Source: Solirubrobacterales bacterium
GTDB taxonomy: Bacteria; Actinomycetota; Thermoleophilia; Solirubrobacterales; Solirubrobacteraceae
Reading direction: 5' to 3'
NCBI GenBank assembly: GCA_019244745.1
Contig: JAFASF010000215.1
Location: 1-54,370 of the forward strand
DNA: 54,370 nucleotides
Part shown: positions 45,399-54,370 of the stretch, piece after piece
Numbering within the stretch: position 1 is the first letter of the stretch
Layout of the letters: the number at the start of each line of letters is the position of its first letter
Translations under genes and position numbers: made by a program
The notes under the pieces: model-generated
What the model was told of the DNA's origin: nothing
The model's input: the letters and a program-made list of their open reading frames with translations, nothing else
Database searches by the model: none

Positions 45399-47465
45399 AT
45401 GAGCAAGCACATCGTGGCCGTCGATATCGGCGGCACATTCTCCGACCTGGTGTGCCTCGACACCGCCACCGGCGAGATCCGCAATGCCAAGGTCCCGTCG
45501 ACGCCTCCCACGTTCATCGACGGCGTCATCAACGCCCTTGACAAGGTCGGAATCGATCCGCTGGACATGCTCGCGTTCAAACACGGGTCGACCATCGCCA
45601 CCAACGCGATCATCGAGCGCCGTGGAGCGAAGACCGCGCTCGTCACCACCGAGGGCTTTCGTGACGTGCTCGGTGCGGGACGGGCGGACCGGACCGATCA
45701 CTTCGATCTCTCATCGGTGGAGCGCCCGCCGCTGGTGCCCCGGCGTGACGTGCTCGGAGTAAGAGAACGGGTCGATTACGAGGGAGCGGTGGTGGCGCCG
45801 CTTGACCCGGCGAGCATGCAGCGCGCCATTCACCTGATCCGCAGGCGAGAAATGGAAGCCGTTGCGGTCGTGTTCCTCAACTCGTTCATGAACAAGGAGC
45901 ACGAGTACCGAGCGCTCGCGGCGATCTCGGAGGCGCTGCCCGAGGTGTACGCGTGCTGCTCGTATGACATCCTGCCCGAGCTCAAGGAGTTCGAGCGCAC
46001 CTCCACGACCGCGGTCAACGCGTATCTGGGGCCGATCGTGGACCGCTACCTGTCGAGCCTCACCGAACGGCTCGCCCGCTGGGGCTTTCGCGGTCAGACC
46101 ATGATCATCCACTCTGGCGGCGGGGTGATGAGCCTCGACGCGGCCAGGCGACTTCCCGCCCGCACGTGTATGTCAGGGCCGGCGGGCGGCGCGGTCGGCG
46201 CGGCATACATCGGACGGCTCGCCGGCTATTCGAACCTGATCAGCTTTGACATGGGCGGCACCTCCTGCGACGTGGCGCTGATCTCGGGCGGCGAGCCGGG
46301 CACACGGCCGGGATGGAAGATCGAGCACAAGGTGCCCGTGCAATTCCCGGCGATCGACGTGGGAACGATCGGCGCCGGCGGCGGCACGATCGCCTGGATC
46401 GACAAGGCTGGCGCCCTGCGCTCCGGACCGCAAAGCGCGGGGGCCGACCCCGGCCCGGCCGCATACGGGAGCGGGGGCGAGGAGCCGACGAACACCGACG
46501 CGAACCTGGTTCTTGGTCGCCTGGATCCGAACGCCTTCCTGGGCGGCGAGTTCAAGCTCCACCCAGAGCTCGCGCGCGAGGCAATCCAACGCCGCGTCGC
46601 CGAACCGCTCGGCTTTTCGATCGAAGAGGCCGCCGAGGGCATCCTCCGCGTCTCCAACGAGAACATGGTCGAGGCGCTGCGGTTGATCTCGGTCGAGCGC
46701 GGGAACGACCCGCGTGACTACGCGCTGATTGCCTTTGGCGGCGCCGGCCCCGTCCACGCCGCGCACTGCGCCGCCGAGCTCAGCATCCCGACGGTGATCG
46801 TGCCGCGCAGCCCCGGGCTTGCCAGCGCGTTCGGCCAGCTACGGGTGGAGATCCGAGACGACACCCAGCGGCCGCTGCTCACCAAACACGACGACGTCGA
46901 CCCGGCCGAGCTCGAGGCCGTCTTCAGCGAGCTCGAGGATGAGGCCGAACAGCTTCTGCGCCGCGAGGGTGTGGCCGGCGAGGAAGTGCAGCTACAGCGC
47001 TCCGTCGATCTGAAGTACTACCCGCAGACCAGCTACATCAACTTGCGCGTCCCCTCGGGGCACATCGATCAGGCCGTGGTCGACGATCTCGTGAGCTCGT
47101 TCCTCGAGCGGCACGCCGACGAATTCGGCTACTCGGTGGGACTCGACTTGACGAGCGTCGAGTTCGTCAACGCGCGCCTGACCGCGCTCGCTCCGGCCCC
47201 GGTCGGGGAGCTCGTGGCGGACGGAGCGCGGGGCGCCGGCGCCGACGCGGTGATCGATACCCGCGAAGTGCATTTCGGCGAAGCCGGCGGCTGGGTGCTG
47301 GCGGGGGTCTACGACCGAACGAGACTGTTTCAGGGAGCATCCTTCGACGGCCCGGCGATCGTTCAGGAAGCCGACTCCACGACGATCGTTCCACCCGGTG
47401 CGCACGTGCAGGTGGACCGTTACCACAACCTGATCATCGATGTGCGCGAGGTCGCACGCATCTGA
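45399..47465 (+). CDS. Hydantoinase A/oxoprolinase ATP-binding subunit
   Basis: DIGGTFSD, HGST.ATN, SGPAGG, DMGGTS.D, GP.SAGA.PGP. Confidence 0.95.
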   Translation: MSKHIVAVDIGGTFSDLVCLDTATGEIRNAKVPSTPPTFIDGVINALDKVGIDPLDMLAFKHGSTIATNAIIERRGAKTALVTTEGFRDVLGAGRADRTDHFDLSSVERPPLVPRRDVLGVRERVDYEGAVVAPLDPASMQRAIHLIRRREMEAVAVVFLNSFMNKEHEYRALAAISEALPEVYACCSYDILPELKEFERTSTTAVNAYLGPIVDRYLSSLTERLARWGFRGQTMIIHSGGGVMSLDAARRLPARTCMSGPAGGAVGAAYIGRLAGYSNLISFDMGGTSCDVALISGGEPGTRPGWKIEHKVPVQFPAIDVGTIGAGGGTIAWIDKAGALRSGPQSAGADPGPAAYGSGGEEPTNTDANLVLGRLDPNAFLGGEFKLHPELAREAIQRRVAEPLGFSIEEAAEGILRVSNENMVEALRLISVERGNDPRDYALIAFGGAGPVHAAHCAAELSIPTVIVPRSPGLASAFGQLRVEIRDDTQRPLLTKHDDVDPAELEAVFSELEDEAEQLLRREGVAGEEVQLQRSVDLKYYPQTSYINLRVPSGHIDQAVVDDLVSSFLERHADEFGYSVGLDLTSVEFVNARLTALAPAPVGELVADGARGAGADAVIDTREVHFGEAGGWVLAGVYDRTRLFQGASFDGPAIVQEADSTTIVPPGAHVQVDRYHNLIIDVREVARI

Positions 47466-47477
47466 GGAGGTGTAGCC

Positions 47478-49361
47478 GTGGCATCCGCGCTCGACACGAT
47501 CGATCCGATCACGTTCACGGTGTTGCGCAACGGGTTGCGCAGCATCTGCTCCCAGGGCTCGGCGCTGGTCGAACGAGTGGCGTGGGGCCCGGTGATCACG
47601 CAGGGACGCGATTACTCCGTCGGCATTCTCACCGGGGATGGCCGCCTGGTCGCCCACGGCACCGTGGACATCACGCCGCACATGGGGACGTATGAGTTCT
47701 CGGTCAAGGCCGTGATGGAGGACTTCGGCGACTCGCTCGAGCCCGGGGACGTCGTCATCGTCAACGATCCGTACCGCGCCGGGACGCACACCCAGGACGT
47801 CCGCCTGGTGCGGCCCCTGTTCCACGAGGACAGGATCTTTGCCTTCGCCGTGGCCTGTGCCCATTGGTCCGATATGGGCGGTCCGATTCCCGGCACCTTC
47901 AATCCGGCCGCGACCGAATCCTGGGCCGAGGGCATGATCATCCCTCCCATGCTCGTGTACAAGCGCGATGTCCCCGTCAAGTCCACGTTCGAGATGGTGC
48001 GGATGAACGTGCGGGTGCCGCACGAGCGAATGGGCGACCTGGCGGCGCAGTATCAAGCCACACGGTTGCTCGAGCGCCGCCTCGGCGAATACGTCGAACG
48101 CTACGGCTCGGACACCGTCGCCCTCGCGTTCGAAGCGGTGATGGACCACGCCGAGCGCCTTCTGCACGAGGAGATCGCGGCCCTGCCGGACGGTGAATAC
48201 GTGTTCACGGATTTCTGCGATCACGACATCGGCCGGGCCAGCCATCCGCGGGTGAGGTTCGTCTGCCGCCTGTTGATCGACGGCGACCAGGCGACGATCG
48301 ACTGGACCGACTCCGACGAGGCCCCGCTGGGACCGGCGGGTCTAACTCTGCCCGCACTGTCGAGCGCCACCTACGACGGCACCCTGCATTGTTTCCCGCA
48401 CCTTGTGCCGCTGACCCACGGCATCATCAGGGCGATTACCGTTAAGACGCGTCCCGGCTCCGCCACGCACGTGCTCCATCCCACCCCGGTGGCGGGCTAC
48501 TGCGCCTCGGGATATGAGAAATGCGACACCGCGACGATGGGCGCCTGGGGGCAGGCGCTGGCTGCAGCCGGGAGACCCGAGATGATCTTCGGCGGGACCG
48601 TGAACCTTCAGAACTGCTGCATCGGCGGAGTCCACCCGAGAACCGCTCAGCGCTACGTGTCCTATACCTGGTCGGAAGGCGGGCAGGGCGCTCGCAGCTA
48701 CGGCGATGGACCGAGCTTCGCGATGTTCCTCTACGGCGGCGGCGCACAGAATCAGCCGATCGAGGTGCACGAGCGCTGGTACCCGGTGCTCTACGAGAAG
48801 TTCGAGGTCGCGCAGGACTCGGCGGGCCACGGCCGCCATCGCGGTGGCTACGGGTCGCACCGCCGGTGGATCATGCGTGGGGATGCGGTGAACTCGATCC
48901 ACGGGGACCGAGAGGAGGTCACTCCCCCCGGCGTGGCCGGTGGCACTAACGGGGGACCGAACAAGCTGGTTCTAAACGCGGGCACGGACCGCGAGGAAAA
49001 CCTCGGCATGTTTGCCACCAACGTCCCGCTGCACGAAGGTGATTCGATCGACTTTCTCTCGAACGGTGGAGGCGGGTACGGCAACCCGCTCGAGCGTGAG
49101 CCCCAGCTCGTCCTGGGCGAGGTCATCGACGGCTTCCTCTCGCTCGAGGAGGCACGCTCGATGTACGGCGTGGTGATCGAGTCGCTCGACCCCGAGGTGC
49201 ACGACTTCCGGATCGACCGATCGGCCACCGAGGCCGAACGCGCCGCGCTGGCCGGAAGGGAGCTTCCAGAGGGGTATGGCCCAGGCCAGGTGCACCCGGA
49301 CGGGAAGCGGACCGGCGAACTCCTGAGCCGAGCGCTGCTTGGCCACGATCACATCCACTAG
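47478..49361 (+). CDS. Hydantoinase B/oxoprolinase subunit
   Basis: DY, H, NDPY..GTH..D, HWSD.GG, GGGGYGNPLER. Confidence 0.95.
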   Translation: MASALDTIDPITFTVLRNGLRSICSQGSALVERVAWGPVITQGRDYSVGILTGDGRLVAHGTVDITPHMGTYEFSVKAVMEDFGDSLEPGDVVIVNDPYRAGTHTQDVRLVRPLFHEDRIFAFAVACAHWSDMGGPIPGTFNPAATESWAEGMIIPPMLVYKRDVPVKSTFEMVRMNVRVPHERMGDLAAQYQATRLLERRLGEYVERYGSDTVALAFEAVMDHAERLLHEEIAALPDGEYVFTDFCDHDIGRASHPRVRFVCRLLIDGDQATIDWTDSDEAPLGPAGLTLPALSSATYDGTLHCFPHLVPLTHGIIRAITVKTRPGSATHVLHPTPVAGYCASGYEKCDTATMGAWGQALAAAGRPEMIFGGTVNLQNCCIGGVHPRTAQRYVSYTWSEGGQGARSYGDGPSFAMFLYGGGAQNQPIEVHERWYPVLYEKFEVAQDSAGHGRHRGGYGSHRRWIMRGDAVNSIHGDREEVTPPGVAGGTNGGPNKLVLNAGTDREENLGMFATNVPLHEGDSIDFLSNGGGGYGNPLEREPQLVLGEVIDGFLSLEEARSMYGVVIESLDPEVHDFRIDRSATEAERAALAGRELPEGYGPGQVHPDGKRTGELLSRALLGHDHIH

Positions 49362-49404
49362 CTCATTCGAGCTCGTCGGCATTCGAGCCGTACAGGCGAC
49401 GGTG

Positions 49405-49422
49405 TGACGAGCGCGCTCGTCA
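49405..49422. terminator. Perfect 18-bp palindrome at a convergent gene junction
   Basis: TGACGAGCGCGCTCGTCA. Confidence 0.55.
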
Positions 49423-50448
49423 GTCGCTCACGCGGATCACGACCTTGCCGGCCACCGCCCCCTGCTCGAGCAGGCGGTGTCCGTCGGCGACGCGCTCGAG
49501 CGGAAGCACCTCGGCCACGAGCGGGCGAAACCGCCCGGAGTCGAAGTGGCGGATCGCCGCCAGCGCATCCTCCATCGTGCCCAGCCTTGAGCCGAGGATC
49601 CGCAACTGCTTGACGAACATCGCGGTGACGTCCATCGTGACCTCGTCGCCGCTCGTCGCGCCCGCGCTCACGATCGTCCCCCCGAGCGCGCACAGCTCGA
49701 GCGACCGAGTCCAGGTCGCGGTCCCTACGTGCTCGAACACGATCGTCGCCCCGCGCCCATCGGTGTACTCGAGCACCCGTTCGACGACGTCCTCGGCGTG
49801 GTGGTCAACGACAAGGTCGGGCGACAACCCCGCGGCGACGGCCCGTTTGCGCTCGCCGCCCGCGCTGGCGATCACGCGAGCGCCGGCAAGCCGTGCGATC
49901 TCGACCGCGGCGCTGCCCAGCCCGCTGGTGCCGGCCCACACGAAGACGACGTCGTCGGGGCCCACGTGCGCCTTGCCGACCAGCATCTGCCACGCGGTGA
50001 TGTACGAGTTGGCAAAGCACGCGACGTGCTCGACGGGGACGTCGGCGGCTACCGGAACGGCGAGTGACTGCGGGACGAGCGCGAGTTCGGCATAGGCGCC
50101 GTGGAAGACGTCGAAGTCCTCGCAGTACTGCGAGCGCTCGCGGCGGCAGTTCTCGCAGCGGCCGCAGGTGATGTAGGGGTTGATCGTGATCCGCTGCCCA
50201 TCGGCGAACCTGTTCACGCTCTCGCCGCTCGCGATCACGGTGGCGCACAGGTCGATGCCCAGGATGGCCGGCAGCGGTACCCGGTAGGCGGGATGTGGAT
50301 GCCCCGCCCGGATCCAGAGATCGCGACGGTTGACGGACGTCGCCTGCACGCGCACGAGCAAGTCCTCGGGGCCCGGCACCGGATCGGCGATCTCCTCGAC
50401 CTCGAGCACGTCGGGGCCCCCGAGACGATGCATGCGAACGGCTAGCAC
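49420..50448 (-). CDS. MDR-family zinc-binding dehydrogenase / quinone-oxidoreductase-like
   Basis: SVNRRD, structural Zn CGRCENC...C, AGTSGLG, GKVV. Confidence 0.9.
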   Translation of the reverse strand: MLAVRMHRLGGPDVLEVEEIADPVPGPEDLLVRVQATSVNRRDLWIRAGHPHPAYRVPLPAILGIDLCATVIASGESVNRFADGQRITINPYITCGRCENCRRERSQYCEDFDVFHGAYAELALVPQSLAVPVAADVPVEHVACFANSYITAWQMLVGKAHVGPDDVVFVWAGTSGLGSAAVEIARLAGARVIASAGGERKRAVAAGLSPDLVVDHHAEDVVERVLEYTDGRGATIVFEHVGTATWTRSLELCALGGTIVSAGATSGDEVTMDVTAMFVKQLRILGSRLGTMEDALAAIRHFDSGRFRPLVAEVLPLERVADGHRLLEQGAVAGKVVIRVSD

Positions 50449-50521
50449 AAGGCTGCCTCCTCCTCGGCCCGCCGGAACGCACTGCGATCGAGCACGGTCA
50501 AATCGACATTTTCATATAGTT

Positions 50522-50534
50522 GATCAGAAGTCAA
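50522..50534 (-). promoter_or_regulatory. Putative GntR box variant (TTGACTTCTGATC on minus strand)
   Basis: 11/13 match, in an AT-rich divergent intergenic region. Confidence 0.65.
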
Positions 50535-50589
50535 TGGTGCGGTCGCGATGACCGCTCCGGATGATCGACCGTAGCTCGTCGGAACCCTC

Positions 50590-51399
50590 GTGAGCCACCT
50601 GGAGACACCAGCCGGCGTCAGGTTGCGCGTCACCGCCCGCGGCGACGGTCCGGCGATTGTGCTCGTCCACGGCTGGAAGGGCTCCCACCGGCTGTGGGAT
50701 CCGGTGGTCGCCCGCCTCGAGGCGACCCATCGTGTGGTGGCGTTCGATCTTCGTGGCATGGGCGAGTCGGACAAGCCGCGCGCCGCCTACGATTTCGACG
50801 AGCTCGCGGACGACCTCGGGTTTGTCATCGACGCCCTCAGCGTGCGTGACGCACTGCTCGTCGGTTGGTCGATGGGCGCCACCGTTGCCCTCCGCTATCT
50901 CGACCGCGGCGGGGCAGACGTGGCCGGGCTCGTGCTCGTCAACGGGCCGCTCCGGCTGACTCGGACGCCGGACTTCCCGCACGCGATGACCGACGCGCAG
51001 CTGGAGGGATATCTGACGCGGCTGCGTGACGCCTGGCCTGCCGGCGAGCGCGAGTTCCAGGCCAACACGGTGCTTGACCGCAACTCCGCGCTCGTCGATT
51101 GGCTGTACGCGATCGCATTGCAGACCCCGCTCGACGTCGCCCTTCGGGTAGTGCGCGAGCAGGCCAAGCTCGACATGCGCGGGGCGCTCGCCAGCGTGCG
51201 GGTCCCGGTGCTCGCCGTCTACTCCCGGCACGACCCGTACTATCCGGCGTCGTTGGCCGACGACATCGCGTCCCGTGCGCAAGATGGTCAGAAGGTGCTC
51301 TTCGAGCGCAGCGCGCACTGCATCCCGATCGAGGAGCCCGACCGATTCTGTGAAGTGCTGAGAGCATTTGCCACGGGAACGACGGAGCAAGCGGCGTGA
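50590..51399 (+). CDS. alpha/beta hydrolase (non-heme haloperoxidase/arylesterase-like)
   Basis: HGW, DLRG.G.S, GWSMG, Asp and SAH triad. Confidence 0.9.
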   Translation: MSHLETPAGVRLRVTARGDGPAIVLVHGWKGSHRLWDPVVARLEATHRVVAFDLRGMGESDKPRAAYDFDELADDLGFVIDALSVRDALLVGWSMGATVALRYLDRGGADVAGLVLVNGPLRLTRTPDFPHAMTDAQLEGYLTRLRDAWPAGEREFQANTVLDRNSALVDWLYAIALQTPLDVALRVVREQAKLDMRGALASVRVPVLAVYSRHDPYYPASLADDIASRAQDGQKVLFERSAHCIPIEEPDRFCEVLRAFATGTTEQAA

Positions 51400-52211
51400 G
51401 CGCCGGCGCGCGACCGAGCGCGGGCGGCATCGCGCACACCCAGGTGAAGCTCGGGCACGGGGCGCTGGCGGTCGCCCGTGCAGGCGCCGGCCAAGCCGTC
51501 GTCCTCCTGCACCAGACGCCCCGGTCCTGGGACGAATACCGCGACGTGCTCCCGCTGCTGGCGGCGGCCGGATGTCAGGCCATCGCGCTCGATACCCCCG
51601 GCTTCGGCGAATCGGCGCCGGTCCCGGGTCGGCCCAGCATCGAGGCCTGGGCCGGCGCTGCCAATGCGGCGCTGGACGCGCTCGGAATAGGCCGCGCCGC
51701 GGTCGTCGGTCATCACACCGGTGGGGCGATCGCGGTCGAGCTCGCCAGTCAGCGGTCCGACCGTGTGGCGGCGTTGGTCCTCAGCTCGACTGCGCTCACC
51801 GATGCCGCCTACCGGGCGGCGCCGCCGGACGAGTCAGGCGTGGACGAGGCACAGGACGCGGACGGCCTGCGCCGTTCGCGCGCCGGGTTCTACCCGCCCG
51901 ACCGCCCCGACCTCCTCGATCGGTATGTCGCCGACGCGCTACGCGCCGGATCGTTGGCGCGGCTCGGTCATCACGTGGTGGGCGCCTATGCGATGGACGG
52001 CAAGCTCGCCGCCTTAGAGATGCCGGTGCTGCTGATTGGCGCCGATCGGGATCCGTACGCGTATCCGCAGCTCGAACGCATGCGCCGGGCACTTCCGCGT
52101 GCCGAGGTGGCGGTCATCGATGGTGGGATGGTGCCCCTTCCCGATGGTCGTCCGGAGGAGTTCGCGGAGCTGATCGCCGGCTTCCTCGCGCGAATCGGCT
52201 TTCTGGCGTAG
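51396..52211 (+). CDS. alpha/beta-hydrolase-fold protein with GHHTG elbow
   Basis: LHQTP, DTPGFGES, GHHTGG; no catalytic His at the expected position (GGMVP). Confidence 0.82.
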   Translation: MSAGARPSAGGIAHTQVKLGHGALAVARAGAGQAVVLLHQTPRSWDEYRDVLPLLAAAGCQAIALDTPGFGESAPVPGRPSIEAWAGAANAALDALGIGRAAVVGHHTGGAIAVELASQRSDRVAALVLSSTALTDAAYRAAPPDESGVDEAQDADGLRRSRAGFYPPDRPDLLDRYVADALRAGSLARLGHHVVGAYAMDGKLAALEMPVLLIGADRDPYAYPQLERMRRALPRAEVAVIDGGMVPLPDGRPEEFAELIAGFLARIGFLA

Positions 52212-52220
52212 TCGATCCCC

Positions 52221-53041
52221 GTGAGCGGTCGCGATGCGCACAACGTCGTCATGATGGCCGACGGTACGCCCGATCGGCTCCCCGACTACGACACCTCGGA
52301 CCCCCGAGGTGGCGGCCGAGATGGGTATCGACCTCTCCGGCCTGGGCATTGACACCGTCGCCGTCTCCGGCGAGCCCGGCGGCGCGGTTCCGGCTACGCG
52401 AGCGCTGCTGTGCGAGCGCTTCGGGGTGTCGCACATCGCCGACGGCTACGGCCTGACCGAGGTGTTCCCGCTGGGCGGAAACTGCCGCCATTCGACGTCC
52501 ATACACCTGGCGGAGACTGCGTCATCGTGGAGTGCGTGGCGCCTGATACCGGCACCCCGGTGCCGCCCGGAGAGGTGGCGAGCTCGTGTACACAAACCTG
52601 GTCGGTGACACTCAGCCGCTGCTGCGCTACCGCAGCCGTGACCTCGGGCGGCTGTCGGACTCAGAGCCGTGCGAGTGCGGGCGGACCCTGGTGCGGATCG
52701 AGCGCCTGGAGGGCCGCAGCGACGACATGATCTCCTACCGCGGGCAGAACTTCTTCCCCTCGGCGGTGGAGCAGGTGGTCCGTGAGTTCGCCGGCATCAG
52801 CCCCGAGTACCGGATCGTCGTCGACCGCCGCCGCACTCTCGCTGCCCTCGGGGTGCAGGTCGAGGTGCTGGCCGCCGGGCGCGACGATCCCTCCCTCCCG
52901 GATAGGCTGGCGGAGGCGATCCGCCGAGCGGTCGGCGTCCGGGCGCGGATCGAGATGCTCGAGCCGGGCGCTCTGGCCGCCGCCGGCGTCGCCTCGGGCC
53001 TGAAGGCCAAGCGCGTCATCGAGCTCGGGCCGGAGCACTAG
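52221..53041 (+). pseudogene. Fragmented PaaK-family CoA ligase (N-terminal half missing, two frameshifts)
   Basis: SGEPGG, YGLTE, GELVYT...PLLRYRSRD and GRSDDM are spread over three frames, with shifts near 52515 and 52578. Confidence 0.75.
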
Positions 53042-53104
53042 CGAGAGCGGGACCGGCCTGACACCACGGTACCCCCACACCGAAACCATCGAGGAGAGCC
53101 CATC

Positions 53105-54168
53105 GTGATGAAACTCGGTCGCTTCGTGATCGACAGCCACGTCCACGCCCAGCGCTTTGCCGCCGGCCCGGCGCTGGCCGCGGCTACCGGCGAGGAGGCC
53201 GAGCGCAACCCGTGGGAGCAGCTCTCGCACACGATGGGAGGTCTCACGCCCTACGATAACTCCGAGCGGCTCATCTACGACATGGACTGCTACGGGGTCG
53301 ACCGTTGCGTGCTGCTGCCCGCCTTTGGCATGACCAACGAGCTCAACGCCGAAATCGTCGCCCGCCACCCGGATCGCTTTGTGGCCGTGTGCAACGCGCA
53401 GGCGTACTTGCGCCGGGTGGCCGAAGGCGAGGAGGAGTGGAGCATTGCGGGAGTATGCGCGGAGCTCGACCGCCTGCTGTGCACCGGCAATTACGCTGGC
53501 ATCGGCAGGAGGCGCCGTCGGTGCCCTATCCGCCGCGCCCCGACCGGCTGGTGAGCCGCGAGGAGCAGATCGAAAACCAGATGGCGGTGGCGGAAATCGC
53601 TCGCCGCCACGGCGTTTCGATGCGCTCTTATACCGGCTCGGCCATGGGCTACGACGTTCGCTACTCGACCGGCGTCCTGGGACCGAGCAACTTCAATCCC
53701 CTGTGGGCCCACGACCTCGCCTCGGCCTACCCCGACGTGCCGATCATCCTCGACCACGGCGGCATCCAGGGCTGGTGGTCGGAGCGTCTGTGGGAGGACT
53801 GCCTGCACGTCGCCGCCGCCCACGACAACGTGTACCTGGAGACCGGGCTGTGGTGGGCGGAGTTGTACGACAAGCCCCTGGCCGATCCCAACATCGGGCC
53901 CGAGAAGCTCCTGTGGGGCACCGACTGGGGCGCGAGCATCCCGTTTCACTCCCAACCCGGCCGGTACCCACCCGCTTACGCCGTCCAGGTCCGATCCCGC
54001 GGGCCGGTGGGCCACCAGGTCGACACGTGGGGTTGGAGCCTGCGCGAGCTCGCCCGCCTGCGGATCCCCCAGGACGACCTCAACCTGATTCTGGGCGGAA
54101 ACGCGGTCCGATTGTTCAAGCTCGAGCCGCCGCTGCGCCGGCTGTTCCGGGAGCCTGAGGTTAGGTAG
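53105..54168 (+). pseudogene. Amidohydrolase_2 family gene with one frameshift near 53507 (possible sequencing error)
   Basis: IDSHVH in one frame; ILDHGG, NVYLE, LWGTDW and ILGGNA in another; adding one G restores GIGE. Confidence 0.75.
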
Positions 54169-54270
54169 GAGCGCGCTTTAGAGGAGCCGGGCGCGCATCG
54201 CACGTGGATCGAAGTGAGCGCGCCTTAGTGAGCGGTTAGGCTCGCTTGCCCCGCCCGCGCGGTTCTGGTA

Positions 54271-54283
54271 TATCAAATGTCAA
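54271..54283 (-). promoter_or_regulatory. Putative GntR box (12/13) upstream of the next rightward gene
   Basis: TATCAAATGTCAA on + strand, overlapping TGGTATAT; GGAGG at 54354 and ATG at 54365 follow. Confidence 0.72.
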
Positions 54284-54370
54284 AAATCTCGACCCGCTCT
54301 CTCCCTCGTTGAGAGCGCACCGGTCATGCGCTCCGACCCCGGCGCGTGGCCCTGGAGGTGCAGCATGACT

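Noticed and set aside
1-54370. Mobile element, prophage, tRNA or rRNA
   Set aside because: No integrase or transposase motifs, terminal repeats or recognisable structural RNA seen by eye; a covariance-model search was not possible

Overview
High-GC (roughly 70% by eye) actinobacterial-type DNA. Evidence for that assignment: leaderless starts, TTGACA/TAnnnT promoters and a Ser/Thr-linker lipoprotein; Thermoleophilia/Solirubrobacterales-like is only an inference. The whole window is one dense catabolic island of about 53 CDS in about 11 transcription units, with no recognisable rRNA, tRNA, mobile element or CRISPR. Oxidative enzymes: three luciferase-like (LLM) oxidoreductases, a StyA-type flavin monooxygenase, a non-CODH CoxMSL-G molybdenum hydroxylase, an amidohydrolase-fold protein paired with a Rieske ferredoxin (PtmU3/AibH-like oxygenase candidate) and a Hod/Qdo-like cofactor-free dioxygenase candidate. 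Downstream functions: many C-N hydrolases (amidase, M20, two M24, a pentein, hydantoinase A/B, MBL and alpha/beta hydrolases), CoA ligases, a LeuA-like enzyme with two PanE-like reductases, a Liv-type ABC importer and two MFS carriers. The strongest signal read directly from the DNA is a 13-bp box, TTGACATTTGATC. It occurs as 3 exact and 4 near copies, all intergenic and upstream of operon starts, including the start of the single GntR/FCD regulator, which suggests one regulon across the 54 kb. A second theme is tandem intact/degenerate enzyme pairs and hydrolases with rewired active sites. Overall inference: an uncharacterised pathway for N-heteroaromatic or amide-rich compounds, substrate unknown. 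The last ~2 kb carries single-G frameshifts that may be assembly errors.
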